NCBI RefSeq assembly: GCF_013177435.1
Contig: NZ_CP053627.1
Location: 1,650,001-1,682,000 of the forward strand
DNA length: 32,000 bases
Origin: Xylella taiwanensis
Lineage (GTDB): Bacteria; Pseudomonadota; Gammaproteobacteria; Xanthomonadales; Xanthomonadaceae
Direction: 5' to 3'
This document shows positions 19,571 through 31,564 of this stretch, in pieces; position 1 is the stretch's first letter; the number at the start of each line of letters is the position of its first letter. The notes under the pieces were generated by a model. That model saw only the letters and a program-made list of their open reading frames with translations, made no database searches and was not told the DNA's origin. The translations under genes and the position numbers were made by a program.

Positions 19571-20509
19571 TCAGCCCAGCAAAGTCTCCAGCACCGCCAT
19601 ACGTACCATCACACCATTCCTAGCTTGGCGCAGGATCCATGACTGCGGACCATCAGCCACTTCATCGGTAATCTCTACACCGCGGTTCATTGGCCCCGGA
19701 TGCAATACCACCGCATCCGGAGCAGCGCGCGCCAAACGTGCTGCAGTCAAACCGTATTTGGCATGGTACTCCTCGAACGACGGCACCAGCCCTTCCTGCA
19801 TACGCTCGCGCTGCAGACGCAGCATCATCAGCACGTCCACGTCCTCTAGCATTGCGTCGAGGTCGTGACCAACCATACAACCAGAAAGGATGCCGTCACG
19901 GGGCATTAACGCGGTCGGACCGCAGACACGGATCTCACCGGCACCAAGCGTACGCAGCGCGTGCAGGTTCGAGCGTGCAACACGCGAATGTTTGATGTCA
20001 CCGACAATAAGCAGCTTAAGTCTGGAAAAATCGTTGCCCTTGGCCTGACATAAGGTCAACATATCCAACAACGCCTGAGTCGGATGGGTACTACGGCCAG
20101 CACCTGCATTGATGAGCACAGTGCCCTCACCGACTACCGCAGCCAACTGTGCGATGACTACATCCTCAGGATGGCGCACTATAAAACCGCGCACCCCCAT
20201 TGCCTCCAAGTTCTTTAATGTGTCGCGTGCGCTCTCACCCTTGCTCGTAGACGACATTGAGATATCAAAATTCAATACGTCCGCTCCCAAACGCTGCGCA
20301 GCCAAATGGAACGAGTTGCGGGTACGCGTGGATGGTTCAAAGAAGAGTGTGCATACCGCCATACCAGCCAGCACGTGACGCTTGCCCACATGGTCAACCG
20401 TGACAGCGCAGTTCTGGGCAGCACAGTCAAGTACCTGCAACAGTGTGGCACGCGGCAGTCCTTCCAAAGTGAGCAGATGACGCAAACGTCCATTTGAATC
20501 TAATTGCAT
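19571..20509 (-). CDS. pyrB: Aspartate carbamoyltransferase catalytic subunit PyrB
   Basis: Motifs STRTRNSFHLAAQRLGA, HPTQALLD and HPGPMNRGVEI; 312 aa. Confidence 0.95.
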   Translation of the reverse strand: MQLDSNGRLRHLLTLEGLPRATLLQVLDCAAQNCAVTVDHVGKRHVLAGMAVCTLFFEPSTRTRNSFHLAAQRLGADVLNFDISMSSTSKGESARDTLKNLEAMGVRGFIVRHPEDVVIAQLAAVVGEGTVLINAGAGRSTHPTQALLDMLTLCQAKGNDFSRLKLLIVGDIKHSRVARSNLHALRTLGAGEIRVCGPTALMPRDGILSGCMVGHDLDAMLEDVDVLMMLRLQRERMQEGLVPSFEEYHAKYGLTAARLARAAPDAVVLHPGPMNRGVEITDEVADGPQSWILRQARNGVMVRMAVLETLLG

Positions 20510-20536
20510 AGGAGTAACCGCTCGAGGTTCGAAAAA

Positions 20537-21004
20537 TCAAGGAAGCGACGTCGCCTGCGTGGGATCGGCAAACCAACGCTCAACGATGACTGCAGCCGCT
20601 ATAGCATCCAATGTGTCAGCATCGCGGCGGCGCTTGTACCCTGCTGCACGCGCATCGGCGAAACGGTGTGCCGCCTCGACCGAACTGGAACGTTCGTCAA
20701 CCAACACCACAGGCAATCGATAGCGCTCACGCAGCTGGCGAGCAAAAGCATGCACGTGTTTGCGCATCGGCTGGTCTTGGCCATCCATGGTCAACGGATC
20801 ACCAACCACCAAACCAACCGGCCGCCAATTGCACTTCACACGATCCAGCGCATTCCAATCCACAGCAGCGCCATGCACGTCGATCACCGCCACCGCACGC
20901 GCGCCAACACCCCATCCACTGCCGACCGCTACGCCAATCCGACGTGTGCCGACATCAAACCCAAGCACAATACCGTCGGGGAATATGGGCGATGCCTCAG
21001 GCAT
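20537..21004 (-). CDS. ruvX: Holliday-junction-resolvase-like putative pre-16S rRNA nuclease RuvX/YqgF
   Basis: [15 protein letters not shown]-terminal motif; 155 aa. It overlaps the yqgE stop by 8 nt. Confidence 0.9.
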   Translation of the reverse strand: MPEASPIFPDGIVLGFDVGTRRIGVAVGSGWGVGARAVAVIDVHGAAVDWNALDRVKCNWRPVGLVVGDPLTMDGQDQPMRKHVHAFARQLRERYRLPVVLVDERSSSVEAAHRFADARAAGYKRRRDADTLDAIAAAVIVERWFADPTQATSLP

Positions 21005-21563
21005 GCCCTGTATAGTCCGTTAACCGAAATAAATCCACGCCAATGCGTCCCGCTGCACGCTGCCAACGCTGATCTATCGGGGTGTCGAACAGCAATGAGG
21101 CATCAGCCGGCACCATCAACCAATTGTTTTCGCCCAGCTCGAACTCCAGTTGCCCGGCCCCCCAACCCGCACAGCCAAGCGCGACCAACGCCCGGGGAAG
21201 ACCACACCCTGCAGCCATTGCTTCGAGTATGTTGCGTGAGGTAGTCAGATACAGACCGTTGCCAATTGACAGACTTGGATTCCACGCGTGTTCGCTGTCA
21301 TGAATGACGAAGCCGCGGTCCGGATGCACTGGGCCACCAGCCAACACAACCTGCCCACGCAGTGCCTCATAGGCGGTGTCAATCCCCATTTGAGACAACA
21401 CCTCACCAAGCGTGTATTCAGATGGCCGATTAAGCACCACACCCATCGCTCCATTGCCATCGTGCTGACAAATCAACGCGACGCCACGTGCAAAATGTGG
21501 ATCCGACAGCGACGGCAACGCAATCAGCAACTGATTGACCAGGGAAATAGTCGGCAGGGACAT
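20997..21563 (-). CDS. yqgE: YqgE/AlgH family protein (UPF0301)
   Basis: [36 protein letters not shown] is the family signature. The ATG at 21563 (MSLPTIS) is preferred over the GTG at 21569 used by the track. Confidence 0.9.
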   Translation of the reverse strand: MSLPTISLVNQLLIALPSLSDPHFARGVALICQHDGNGAMGVVLNRPSEYTLGEVLSQMGIDTAYEALRGQVVLAGGPVHPDRGFVIHDSEHAWNPSLSIGNGLYLTTSRNILEAMAAGCGLPRALVALGCAGWGAGQLEFELGENNWLMVPADASLLFDTPIDQRWQRAAGRIGVDLFRLTDYTGHA

Positions 21564-22058
21564 AACCACATTCTATCGTTCTCGCTGCACCCGCGCCTCA
21601 GAAAATAATCCCGCCGTCGTATCTGATCATCCACCTACGTCTCATCCTGTTCCATTGCTCTTGCAGCCACGCCGTCGCCGTCACGATGGTCGCCGGCTTC
21701 GCTGCGATAGCCACATGATCGACATGGGACAAACCATTGCGAGGTGCCAAGATCATGGCCCTACCGTCACTGCACATTCGATGATTTTGGACCTGTTCAT
21801 TCCTGGCGCAGCGATCATGCTGGTTAGATTATTGACGGATCAAGGATCCAGCTCTGTTCAAATCATATTTAGCCATTGCCCCACTCTGACTACACTTGCT
21901 AAACAAAAGGCTCTAACAAACACAGTCGCCTATCAATCAGGGTTAAAACTTCTCATCTTCCGGACACACCATGAGCCACCGATACTGTGCCGAGAAAAAA
22001 GCCATTGGATCATTTTGATGCGCTGATCTGCTGGCACCAACGTCTCTCACCACACAGG

Positions 22059-23243
22059 TTACTTAAGCTCCCACCACATCCAGAAAGCGTCCCATAAGCG
22101 CTTTAAGAATCCCCCCTTCTCGACACCAGCCATTGCTACTAAAGGTGCCTGTGCGACGACCTTACCATCAAGCGTGACTTTCACCTTACCCACCGACTGC
22201 CCCGGTTTAATAGGTGCCTCAAGATTACGCGGCACCTCGATACTGGGTTTAAGATCGTTATAACGGCCACGCTGTACACTGACGAGTAGCGGACGCGCCA
22301 CCCCCAACTGAACTTCGGCAACCTGCCCCTTCCATACCTTCTGTTTAATCACCACCTTGCCAGGCTCATAGAGGTTGTGAGTCTCGAAAAAGCGAAAGCC
22401 CCAGTTCAACAAGGCCAGACTATCCTCTGCACGCTTCTTCTCGGAAACATCACCCATCACCACGGTCAGGATGCGCTGATCACCACGCTTGGCCGAATTC
22501 ATGATGCAATAGCCTGCCTCGGAAGTATGGCCTGTTTTGATGCCATCCACCGATGGATCACGCCACAGCAGCAAGTTACGGTTCGACTGTTTGATCCCGT
22601 TGACCACCAGCTCCTTCACTTTGTTATAGGCGTAGGTTTCTGGAAAATCTCGGATCAGCGCACGGCCAAGCAGCGCCATATCGTACGCAGTGGAGTAATG
22701 ACCCTCAGCAATCAAGCCTGTGGCATCGACGAAGTGCGAATTCTTCATGCCAATGTGTTGGGCGTAGCTATTCATCAGCGAAACGAATGCCTGCTCGCTA
22801 CCAGCCACATGCTCGGCCAGCGCGATCGCAGCATCATTCCCCGACTGCACAATCATGCCCTGCTCCATGTCCTCCAAACGCGCAGTCTTGTTGACAGGAA
22901 AGCCGCTATAACTGCCATCGGTCCCAGCGCCTCCGTTGCGCCAAGCATTCTCAGTCATCATCACCTGATCATCACGATGCACTTTGCCGTTCTTGATCTC
23001 AGCAGCGATCACATAGGAAGTCAGCACCTTGGTCATACTGGCCGGAGCCAGATGCACATGGATGTTCTCGCCGGCGAGCACTTGACCGGAAGCATAGTCC
23101 ATCACAATCCATGCCTTGGCCACAGCAGGCGCTGGCGCCTTGGGAATCGGTATTGCGGGAGCGGGAGCAGGCTGTGGAGCCTGCGCAAAAACCAGGCTAA
23201 CTGCAAACATGGAGGTAACAGCCGCCGAAAAAAGGAATTTCAT
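22059..23243 (-). CDS. D-alanyl-D-alanine carboxypeptidase (S11 family, PBP5/6-like), secreted
   Basis: The signal peptide is MKFLFSAAVTSMFAVSLVFAQA. The active-site motifs are SMTK (PASMTKVLT), SGN (VQSGNDAA) and KTG (GIKTGHT). The ATG at 23243 is preferred over the TTG at 23246. Confidence 0.92.
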   Translation of the reverse strand: MKFLFSAAVTSMFAVSLVFAQAPQPAPAPAIPIPKAPAPAVAKAWIVMDYASGQVLAGENIHVHLAPASMTKVLTSYVIAAEIKNGKVHRDDQVMMTENAWRNGGAGTDGSYSGFPVNKTARLEDMEQGMIVQSGNDAAIALAEHVAGSEQAFVSLMNSYAQHIGMKNSHFVDATGLIAEGHYSTAYDMALLGRALIRDFPETYAYNKVKELVVNGIKQSNRNLLLWRDPSVDGIKTGHTSEAGYCIMNSAKRGDQRILTVVMGDVSEKKRAEDSLALLNWGFRFFETHNLYEPGKVVIKQKVWKGQVAEVQLGVARPLLVSVQRGRYNDLKPSIEVPRNLEAPIKPGQSVGKVKVTLDGKVVAQAPLVAMAGVEKGGFLKRLWDAFWMWWELK

Positions 23244-24260
23244 CAAGGCATGCTCCCTGGGACACCCAACGGTGGTAACTGAAAAATCGTTATAGGCTTC
23301 ACTTAATTTCTGAGACGTTTATTGAAAGAAGATGAATTCTTCTCGAAGATGTTTCCGCGAGCAAATCTAAAGCTGTCTAGACGCTGAATACTTAAGGAGG
23401 CGGGATTTCCATCACCTCCGATGATGTCATGCCATGTAGTCTGCATTCCATCTGATCTCCATACCATCGAAGTACTTCAAGACTCAGGATGTCACTGGCT
23501 GAATCACCGAATCGGCCTCCCTTCGTCATGGCTCGAATCCCTGAAACGCATCCCACACCTATAAGCAGACAACATCGCCTATATCGCAACATCCTAAAGA
23601 CCACAGCTATCTGGCCGCCGTCATCAATCTGTACACAGCACATGTTTGACATGTGGTCGTTGCTCAGTCAATCCACTGCAACAGGTATTCACTCGATATT
23701 TGCTCGTTGCCTCGAAGCCAACATGACGGGCTGTTCATTACCAATCACATCAATCGATACGCCAGCAGCACCTCCATCGAAACAAGGGCTTCACCTGGAT
23801 GTTGTACGAACATGAAACGAAAAGCGCATTGCCAGGGAAACACCCGAACCAAAAAGCTCTTCGCCATGCCAAGACACCCGCATTCAACGCTCGAATCGTG
23901 GGTCCATTGCAACGACGATGCTGAAGGCACATTGAAATTGACTGCCTGAGACCAGGGTCCTAGCGACATATTTCATGAAGCAATCTCACTTTCGAGAGGT
24001 GCCGCATAACATCCACGCCCTCCTTAACGCCAATGGCGCAAACGCTGTACGAGGGGAAACACTGCCAACAGCAGCTGCCATCCTGCCAAACTCAACTTGG
24101 ATAGCCACTGATCCACACACTGAATGACAATGACACCAAGGCCAGTGCTGTTGTTTCACTCTGCACGCGAAACAACAAAAATCAGTGCGAACACTGTTGC
24201 CGTACTCATCAAGGACACCAGCCAATGGCCGTCATTGCACATCATCGGGAGTAAGCGTTC

Positions 24261-24289
24261 GGTGTACGCGATCGAGAACCGCGCACACC
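24261..24289 (-). terminator. Stable hairpin 8 nt after the katG stop (no U-tract)
   Basis: The minus strand reads GGTGTGCGCG-gttctcgat-CGCGTACACC, a 10 bp stem with one G.U pair. The downstream sequence is not U-rich. Confidence 0.35.
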
Positions 24290-24296
24290 AGGGTCA

Positions 24297-26576
<2,280 letters not shown>

Positions 26577-26954
26577 TTATAAAAAAATAACGATATGTAT
26601 AAATTAAATATATACAGCAATACGATAGTTATTAATTATTGAATTTATACCATGTCCAATCATCATCCCTCACTCAACAGCACACATGAATCGTATGATT
26701 TTTTCTTCAACTGCCACAAGAAAATGCAATAAAGAAACCTCGCTTCAACGCTTGCCAAGCCATTATTGATCTGCCAATACCATCTGAGTCCCCAAACCCT
26801 GTTTAACCCAACCGAATGCGTTAAAGAAAAAAGCCACAACCAATGAGTAGTGCAAACTCCCATAAGCATCGCAAAGCAAGCGTTTGCTAGATTCCTGCAC
26901 TTTAAAAAACCCTAATATCGAGGTCAGTATTCTCCAAAGATCGCTTGAAGAACA

Positions 26955-26979
26955 CGGCTGATACAATACGACACAGCCG
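26955..26979 (-). terminator. Candidate terminator downstream of cbpA
   Basis: The minus strand reads CGGCTG-tgtcgtattgtat-CAGCCG followed by TGTTCTTC. It lies about 40 nt after the cbpA stop. The stem is short and the loop is long. Confidence 0.3.
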
Positions 26980-27020
26980 AACCCCGATCCTCATTCAAAA
27001 ATCGCACATGGCTGGTCTGT

Positions 27021-27899
27021 TCAAGCCTTTTCGCCAAACGCTTTCGCAAGCGCCCGGTATGCCTTGCGCTGCGTCTCGTTTGTAGCCAGCGGAGCCGTGA
27101 TTTCCAACTCGACGATCTGGTCGCCTGGTGGATGACCCGGCAAACCACGACCTCGCAGACGCAACTTGCGCCCAGCATCGGAGTCCTGCGGCACCTTCAG
27201 CTCCACAGATCCGCCGAGAGTCGGCACGCTAATCGTGGTACCCAATGCGGCCTGCCATGGCGTCACCTGCACCGTGTGCAGGATATTGCGCCCATCGACC
27301 TCGAATTGTGGATGCGGCGCATATTCGATCTCTAACAAGAGATGACGACCATAGTTGCCCTGCCCGTTCAGCCGGATAACCTGACCAGGTTGAATGCCTT
27401 TAGGGACACGCACATCAAGTTGACGCCCATTGACCGTGATTCGTACGCTACTGCCGGTATAGATTGCCTCCAGTGGCGCCGTCAACTTGCTACGGGTGTC
27501 ACCAGATGGTGACGCGCCGGCACCACCTCCACTGCGACTGCGGTCAGCACGTCCCCCAGCAAATAAGCTCTCAAAGAAATCGCTAAAATCACCACCCGAC
27601 GCATTGGCAAACACCTCCTCGAACCTAAAGCCATGCGCACCACCAAAATTAGGTGGAGCATGGAATTCCTCGCCAGGCCGGTACCCTTGCGCGCGCAATT
27701 GATCGTAAGCTGCACGCTTCTGCGGGTCGCGTAATGCTTCATAGGCTTCGTTGACAGCTTTGAACCTCTCCTCGGCGCCCGACTCCTTACTGACGTCGGG
27801 ATGATACTTACGCGCCAGCCGGCGGTAAGCGGTCTTGATCTCAGCCTCACCCGCACTCGGTTCAACACCCAGGGTCGCGTAATAATCCTTGAATTGCAT
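27021..27899 (-). CDS. cbpA: Curved-DNA-binding protein CbpA (DnaJ homolog lacking the zinc-finger domain)
   Basis: The J-domain is DYYATLGVEPSAGEAEIKTAYRRLARKYHPDV (HPD). A G-rich linker and DnaJ C-terminal domains follow, with no CxxCxGxG repeats. The protein is 292 aa. Confidence 0.88.
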   Translation of the reverse strand: MQFKDYYATLGVEPSAGEAEIKTAYRRLARKYHPDVSKESGAEERFKAVNEAYEALRDPQKRAAYDQLRAQGYRPGEEFHAPPNFGGAHGFRFEEVFANASGGDFSDFFESLFAGGRADRSRSGGGAGASPSGDTRSKLTAPLEAIYTGSSVRITVNGRQLDVRVPKGIQPGQVIRLNGQGNYGRHLLLEIEYAPHPQFEVDGRNILHTVQVTPWQAALGTTISVPTLGGSVELKVPQDSDAGRKLRLRGRGLPGHPPGDQIVELEITAPLATNETQRKAYRALAKAFGEKA

Positions 27900-27911
27900 C
27901 CGTCACCTCTC

Positions 27912-27946
27912 ACACAAGGAAAAGCCCGTAGCATCGAAGCCACGGG
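27912..27946 (-). terminator. Rho-independent terminator between the small heat-shock gene and cbpA, abutting the cbpA RBS
   Basis: The minus strand reads GCCCGTGGC-ttcgat-GCTACGGGC (9 bp, one G.U) followed by TTTTCCTTGTGTG. The cbpA SD GAGG and ATG (27899) come immediately afterwards. Confidence 0.6.
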
Positions 27947-28050
27947 CCCGCCCGATCCGTTCCGGGACACGCGCTGACACCAGTTTGCGGCAGCCAGCAC
28001 ATGTCCAACGAAGGCATGCATCTGCACGCACCCAAACGACATCGCAGTTA

Positions 28051-28524
28051 TTACAACGAAGCGTCGCCAGAGACACCGTTACCAACCTGGATGCGCCGCG
28101 GTGTCGTTGCCGGTCGTTTCGGAATTCGGATCTCCAACACACCATGACTGCCACTGGCCGTAATGCCGTCAGCGTCAGCACTGTCAGGCAATGCAAAGCG
28201 GCGATGAAAACTCCCATAACGCCGCTCAATGCGTGAGAAACGTTCCGTTTCACTAGACGCCTCACTCTTACGCTCTCCCTGAATCGAGAGAATGCCCTTT
28301 TCCATTTGTACCTCTATATTAGCCGGGTCGATTCCAGGCAAATCAGCGTACAACACAAACTGGTTGGGCTCTTCCTTAATATCTACGCGCGGTACCCACT
28401 GCGCAGTCACCACTGCAGACTCATCGGTGTCGCCGTTGTGCTCGAAAAAGCGGTCAAACACCTGTCTGATCTCATTCTGCAACGCAGCCTGAGCAGGCCA
28501 CGGAGTGTAACGGACAACGTTCAT
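28051..28524 (-). CDS. Small heat-shock protein (Hsp20/alpha-crystallin family, IbpA-like)
   Basis: The alpha-crystallin domain reads WVPRVDIKEEPNQFVLYADLPGIDPANIEVQMEKGILSIQGER...YGSFHRRFALPD...GVLEIRIPK. The ATG at 28524 has GGAGG 6 nt upstream, and the 19-codon extension was rejected. Confidence 0.92.
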   Translation of the reverse strand: MNVVRYTPWPAQAALQNEIRQVFDRFFEHNGDTDESAVVTAQWVPRVDIKEEPNQFVLYADLPGIDPANIEVQMEKGILSIQGERKSEASSETERFSRIERRYGSFHRRFALPDSADADGITASGSHGVLEIRIPKRPATTPRRIQVGNGVSGDASL

Positions 28525-28597
28525 CGATAACCTCCGGACATGATTGATTGATGGACGGCTGCAGGCTTCTGATAAAAACACTGCGCCTTAGTCCCAC

Positions 28598-28625
28598 AGA
28601 TAGGCACAGTGACGTTATTTTCAAG
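28598..28625 (-). promoter_or_regulatory. Candidate sigma32 (heat-shock) promoter for the small heat-shock gene
   Basis: On the minus strand, CTTGAAA (28625-28619) is an exact -35 core, followed by a 13-nt spacer and GCCTATCT (28605-28598), compared with the consensus CCCCATNT. This implies a 5' UTR of about 65 nt. Confidence 0.5.
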
Positions 28626-29179
28626 CACCCAGATGCATTCTTTTTATCTGCTTCCATACTCCATTCATCTCAAAAAACAAACTGGGCATTCGTATCAATG
28701 ACCCGTTACTCAGAATGGCACTCGACTCTCCGAACGCACACATAGTGTTCTTGAGCATTGACCTGCTGTTGGTACCACCGATTCTGCATGACTCCATTCC
28801 GGAAAAAATCCGCATGAGCAAGCACACACTCAACAGCACATTAAGACGCACACGCACCATTGCAAACACAGACAAACGCCACGTATTCACCTCACTCAAC
28901 AATCATTAGATTTGTCGAATTAGGAAATTGAAAAAGTATTGAAGATGCACAACTGATATCTGGCGGAATCGCATTCAAAGTGTGCGCTAGTCAATTTGTA
29001 GCTGGAGCAAGCACATCTGCCGGGAAGCAAAACATGGACCCATCTGAAACCTGTCACGACACTCCCAGCAAGGGCTGCCGGAAAATGATCCGCTAACCCG
29101 CCACATGCAAACGTGAGTATCACTGAACGCCGACACGCTCAAAATCTTGCTTCTATCAACACACTTTGCACAGTACGTA

Positions 29180-31564
29180 TTAACGGACAACGCGGAACTG
29201 TACACGGCTCCAGGCACCATCCTCAGCCAGCGCAGTCAGCACATACGTACCGGGGTCAAGGAAATCTCGCTGAAAGGTGCGACGCCCAACGGTTTGAGCA
29301 ATCCAGCGCCCATTCAAGAGCCAGTCGATCCGCGCCTCGCTACCCAATGCACGCAATTGCAGGCGCACCGGCTGGGCACTACCAGGTGCACGCGCCAGTG
29401 TGGCACCTTCAACGAGACCATCGATGTACAGCACCCCGGCATCACCACGACCATCATCAGAGCAGTCTGGTGCCAGCGGAGGCAATTGCGCCGCGTCACG
29501 CTCGGCAGCATCAAGCCATGGGGTCACCAGTGCCGGCCAGCGTGCAATCTGGCGCTCCCTGACCACGTGTGACACACGACAGTTAGGCATCACACGCAAA
29601 CCGCTACGCGCATCCACCTGGAACCGTTCCAGACCACTACGCCACAGCCGCGCATCACGTTCAGCCAATGTCGGCGGCACCACCCCATCCAATGCGTAAG
29701 CACTGTAGCGGCGCCGGCACAACTCCGGCGCAGTGTTGACAGCAGCCAAACCTAGCGGCCAACAGATATCAACCTGCTCCACACTGGCCGGCATCGGCTC
29801 CGGGACAGCATTGCCAGGCTCACGCGGCAACGCATCGATCACATCGAACATCAATGGCAACGCGGTGATCGCACCATACTGACCCGGCAACGGAGTACCG
29901 TCAGGACGTCCAACCCAGACGCCAACCGTGTAGCGGCGCGTCCCCCCCAGCGCCCAAGCATCACGAAAACCGTAGCTGGTCCCAGTCTTCCACGCCACGG
30001 AAGGACGCATCGCTGTATCGAAAGTACCCCTCCCATAACCAGGACGAGGGTTAGCAGCAAGAATTTCGCGCACAATCCAAGCCGCACCAGGCGAGATCAA
30101 GCGACGCTCAATACGCGGATCATTAGGGGTATAACGCACCCGTCCGGCAACGCCACCACGATTGAACGCAGAAAAGGCACCCACCAGCTCCTGCAACTGC
30201 GTACCTGTCCCCCCAAGGATCAACGCCAAATTCGGGGTGGTACCGCGTGAAAAACGCAACTGCACTCCAGCATGCGCCAAGCGCGCCACTAAGCGAGCCG
30301 GCCCAATCCGTTCCAATAAGTCGACTGCGGGCACGTTCAACGACTGTCGTAATGCACTGGCCGCACCAATTGGACCATTGAACACGGCATCAAAATTACC
30401 CGGGCGATAATCACCAAAACGCTGTGGCGCATCAACCAACAGACTTTCAGAATGGATCAGCCCCTGGTCCAGCGCCATCCCATACAGAAATGGTTTGAGC
30501 GTGGACCCCGGCGAACGCCAAGCCTGCACCATGTCCACCTGACCAAGCCGCTTGGCATCACCAAACGCCACCGAACCAACGTAGGCACGTGCTTCCAGAC
30601 TTTGATTATCCATCACCAGCACCGCAGCAGAAGTGCGCTCAGGCAACGGCGAGAAGTAGGTACTCACTCGCTCCTCAAGCGTGCGCTGCAAATCAATGTC
30701 TAACGTGGTAACAATACGTGCAACCCGTGGCGATTGAGCACGCAGACGCTGCGCCAACAGCGCCGCGTACATCGGCGGTTGCAGTGCACGCGCGACTACC
30801 GGTTCAAGCCGCGCATCTTTCACATCTTCATCGGACCAGACACCAAGCACCGCCATGCGAGTGAGCACCTTGTCGCGTGCATACAAGGCTGCCTCCGGAT
30901 TACGGTCTGGGCGAAACCGGCTCGGCGACTGCGGCAATACCGCTAACAGCGCCGCCTCAGCATGCGACAAGCGTGCGGCCGACTTACCAAGATAGGCCCA
31001 GCTAGCCGCCTCAACGCCCTGGATAGTCCCCCCATAAGGTGCACGTTCCAAATACAGCTGCAGAATCTGAGATTTACTCAGATGTACTTCTAACTGCACT
31101 GCACGCAACAACTGCCTGAGTTTGCCCCAAGGAGTACGGCCATGCGGCTCAAGAATACGTGCCACCTGCATCGTTAAGGTCGAGCCACCAGAAACAATAC
31201 GACCATAGCGCAGCCAGTGCCCCCCAGCACGTAACAGTGCCCAAGGATTGATTCCCGGATGGTGCCAGAACATACGGTCCTCATAGGTCAACAGGGCCTG
31301 CACGTACAACGGCGACACCTGCGCCAACAGCGCCGGGTAGCGCCATACACCGCCAGCATCAGGGAAGGCACGCAGCGGAGTACCATCTCGCGCAACCACC
31401 AGCATGGCCATATCTTGCGAGGCTGGTAATGGCAGTGGGCAAACCAAGTCCAGCACGAGAAGAAGCGAAAGCAGTCCGGCACAACTCCAGCGCAGCCAGG
31501 TCAAGGCACGAGAGTCACGCAAACAGCCAAACATCAAGACCGAGAATGATGCAAACACGAACAT
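29180..31564 (-). CDS. pbpC: Penicillin-binding protein 1C (PbpC), bifunctional glycosyltransferase/transpeptidase family
   Basis: GT51 motifs EDRMFWHHPGINP and GGSTLTMQVAR, the transpeptidase motif SPGSTLKPF (SxxK), an N-terminal TM anchor and a C-terminal PBP1C-type domain. The ATG at 31564 has AGGAG 5 nt upstream and is preferred over the GTG at 31570. Confidence 0.92.
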   Translation of the reverse strand: MFVFASFSVLMFGCLRDSRALTWLRWSCAGLLSLLLVLDLVCPLPLPASQDMAMLVVARDGTPLRAFPDAGGVWRYPALLAQVSPLYVQALLTYEDRMFWHHPGINPWALLRAGGHWLRYGRIVSGGSTLTMQVARILEPHGRTPWGKLRQLLRAVQLEVHLSKSQILQLYLERAPYGGTIQGVEAASWAYLGKSAARLSHAEAALLAVLPQSPSRFRPDRNPEAALYARDKVLTRMAVLGVWSDEDVKDARLEPVVARALQPPMYAALLAQRLRAQSPRVARIVTTLDIDLQRTLEERVSTYFSPLPERTSAAVLVMDNQSLEARAYVGSVAFGDAKRLGQVDMVQAWRSPGSTLKPFLYGMALDQGLIHSESLLVDAPQRFGDYRPGNFDAVFNGPIGAASALRQSLNVPAVDLLERIGPARLVARLAHAGVQLRFSRGTTPNLALILGGTGTQLQELVGAFSAFNRGGVAGRVRYTPNDPRIERRLISPGAAWIVREILAANPRPGYGRGTFDTAMRPSVAWKTGTSYGFRDAWALGGTRRYTVGVWVGRPDGTPLPGQYGAITALPLMFDVIDALPREPGNAVPEPMPASVEQVDICWPLGLAAVNTAPELCRRRYSAYALDGVVPPTLAERDARLWRSGLERFQVDARSGLRVMPNCRVSHVVRERQIARWPALVTPWLDAAERDAAQLPPLAPDCSDDGRGDAGVLYIDGLVEGATLARAPGSAQPVRLQLRALGSEARIDWLLNGRWIAQTVGRRTFQRDFLDPGTYVLTALAEDGAWSRVQFRVVR

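Noticed and set aside
4098-23282. Other long plus-strand ORFs: 4098-4835, 5306-5971, 18163-19077, 20504-21244 and 22377-23282
   Set aside because: Each is antisense to a strongly supported minus-strand gene (hisIE/hisF, hisF/hisA, thrA, pyrB/ruvX/yqgE, DD-carboxypeptidase). Each has low-complexity R/P/H/T-rich composition. They are treated as shadow ORFs.
23525-23550. tRNA-like T-arm GGCTCGAATCC
   Set aside because: The flanking stem is imperfect, no complementary acceptor stem lies about 65 nt upstream, and no anticodon or D arm can be drawn. It is not a tRNA gene.
26663-27178. Search for a cbpM-like modulator gene downstream of cbpA
   Set aside because: Only short ORFs are present. One overlaps cbpA out of frame, and the others are AT-rich with no MerR-like or CbpM-like sequence. 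cbpA appears to lack a cbpM partner here.
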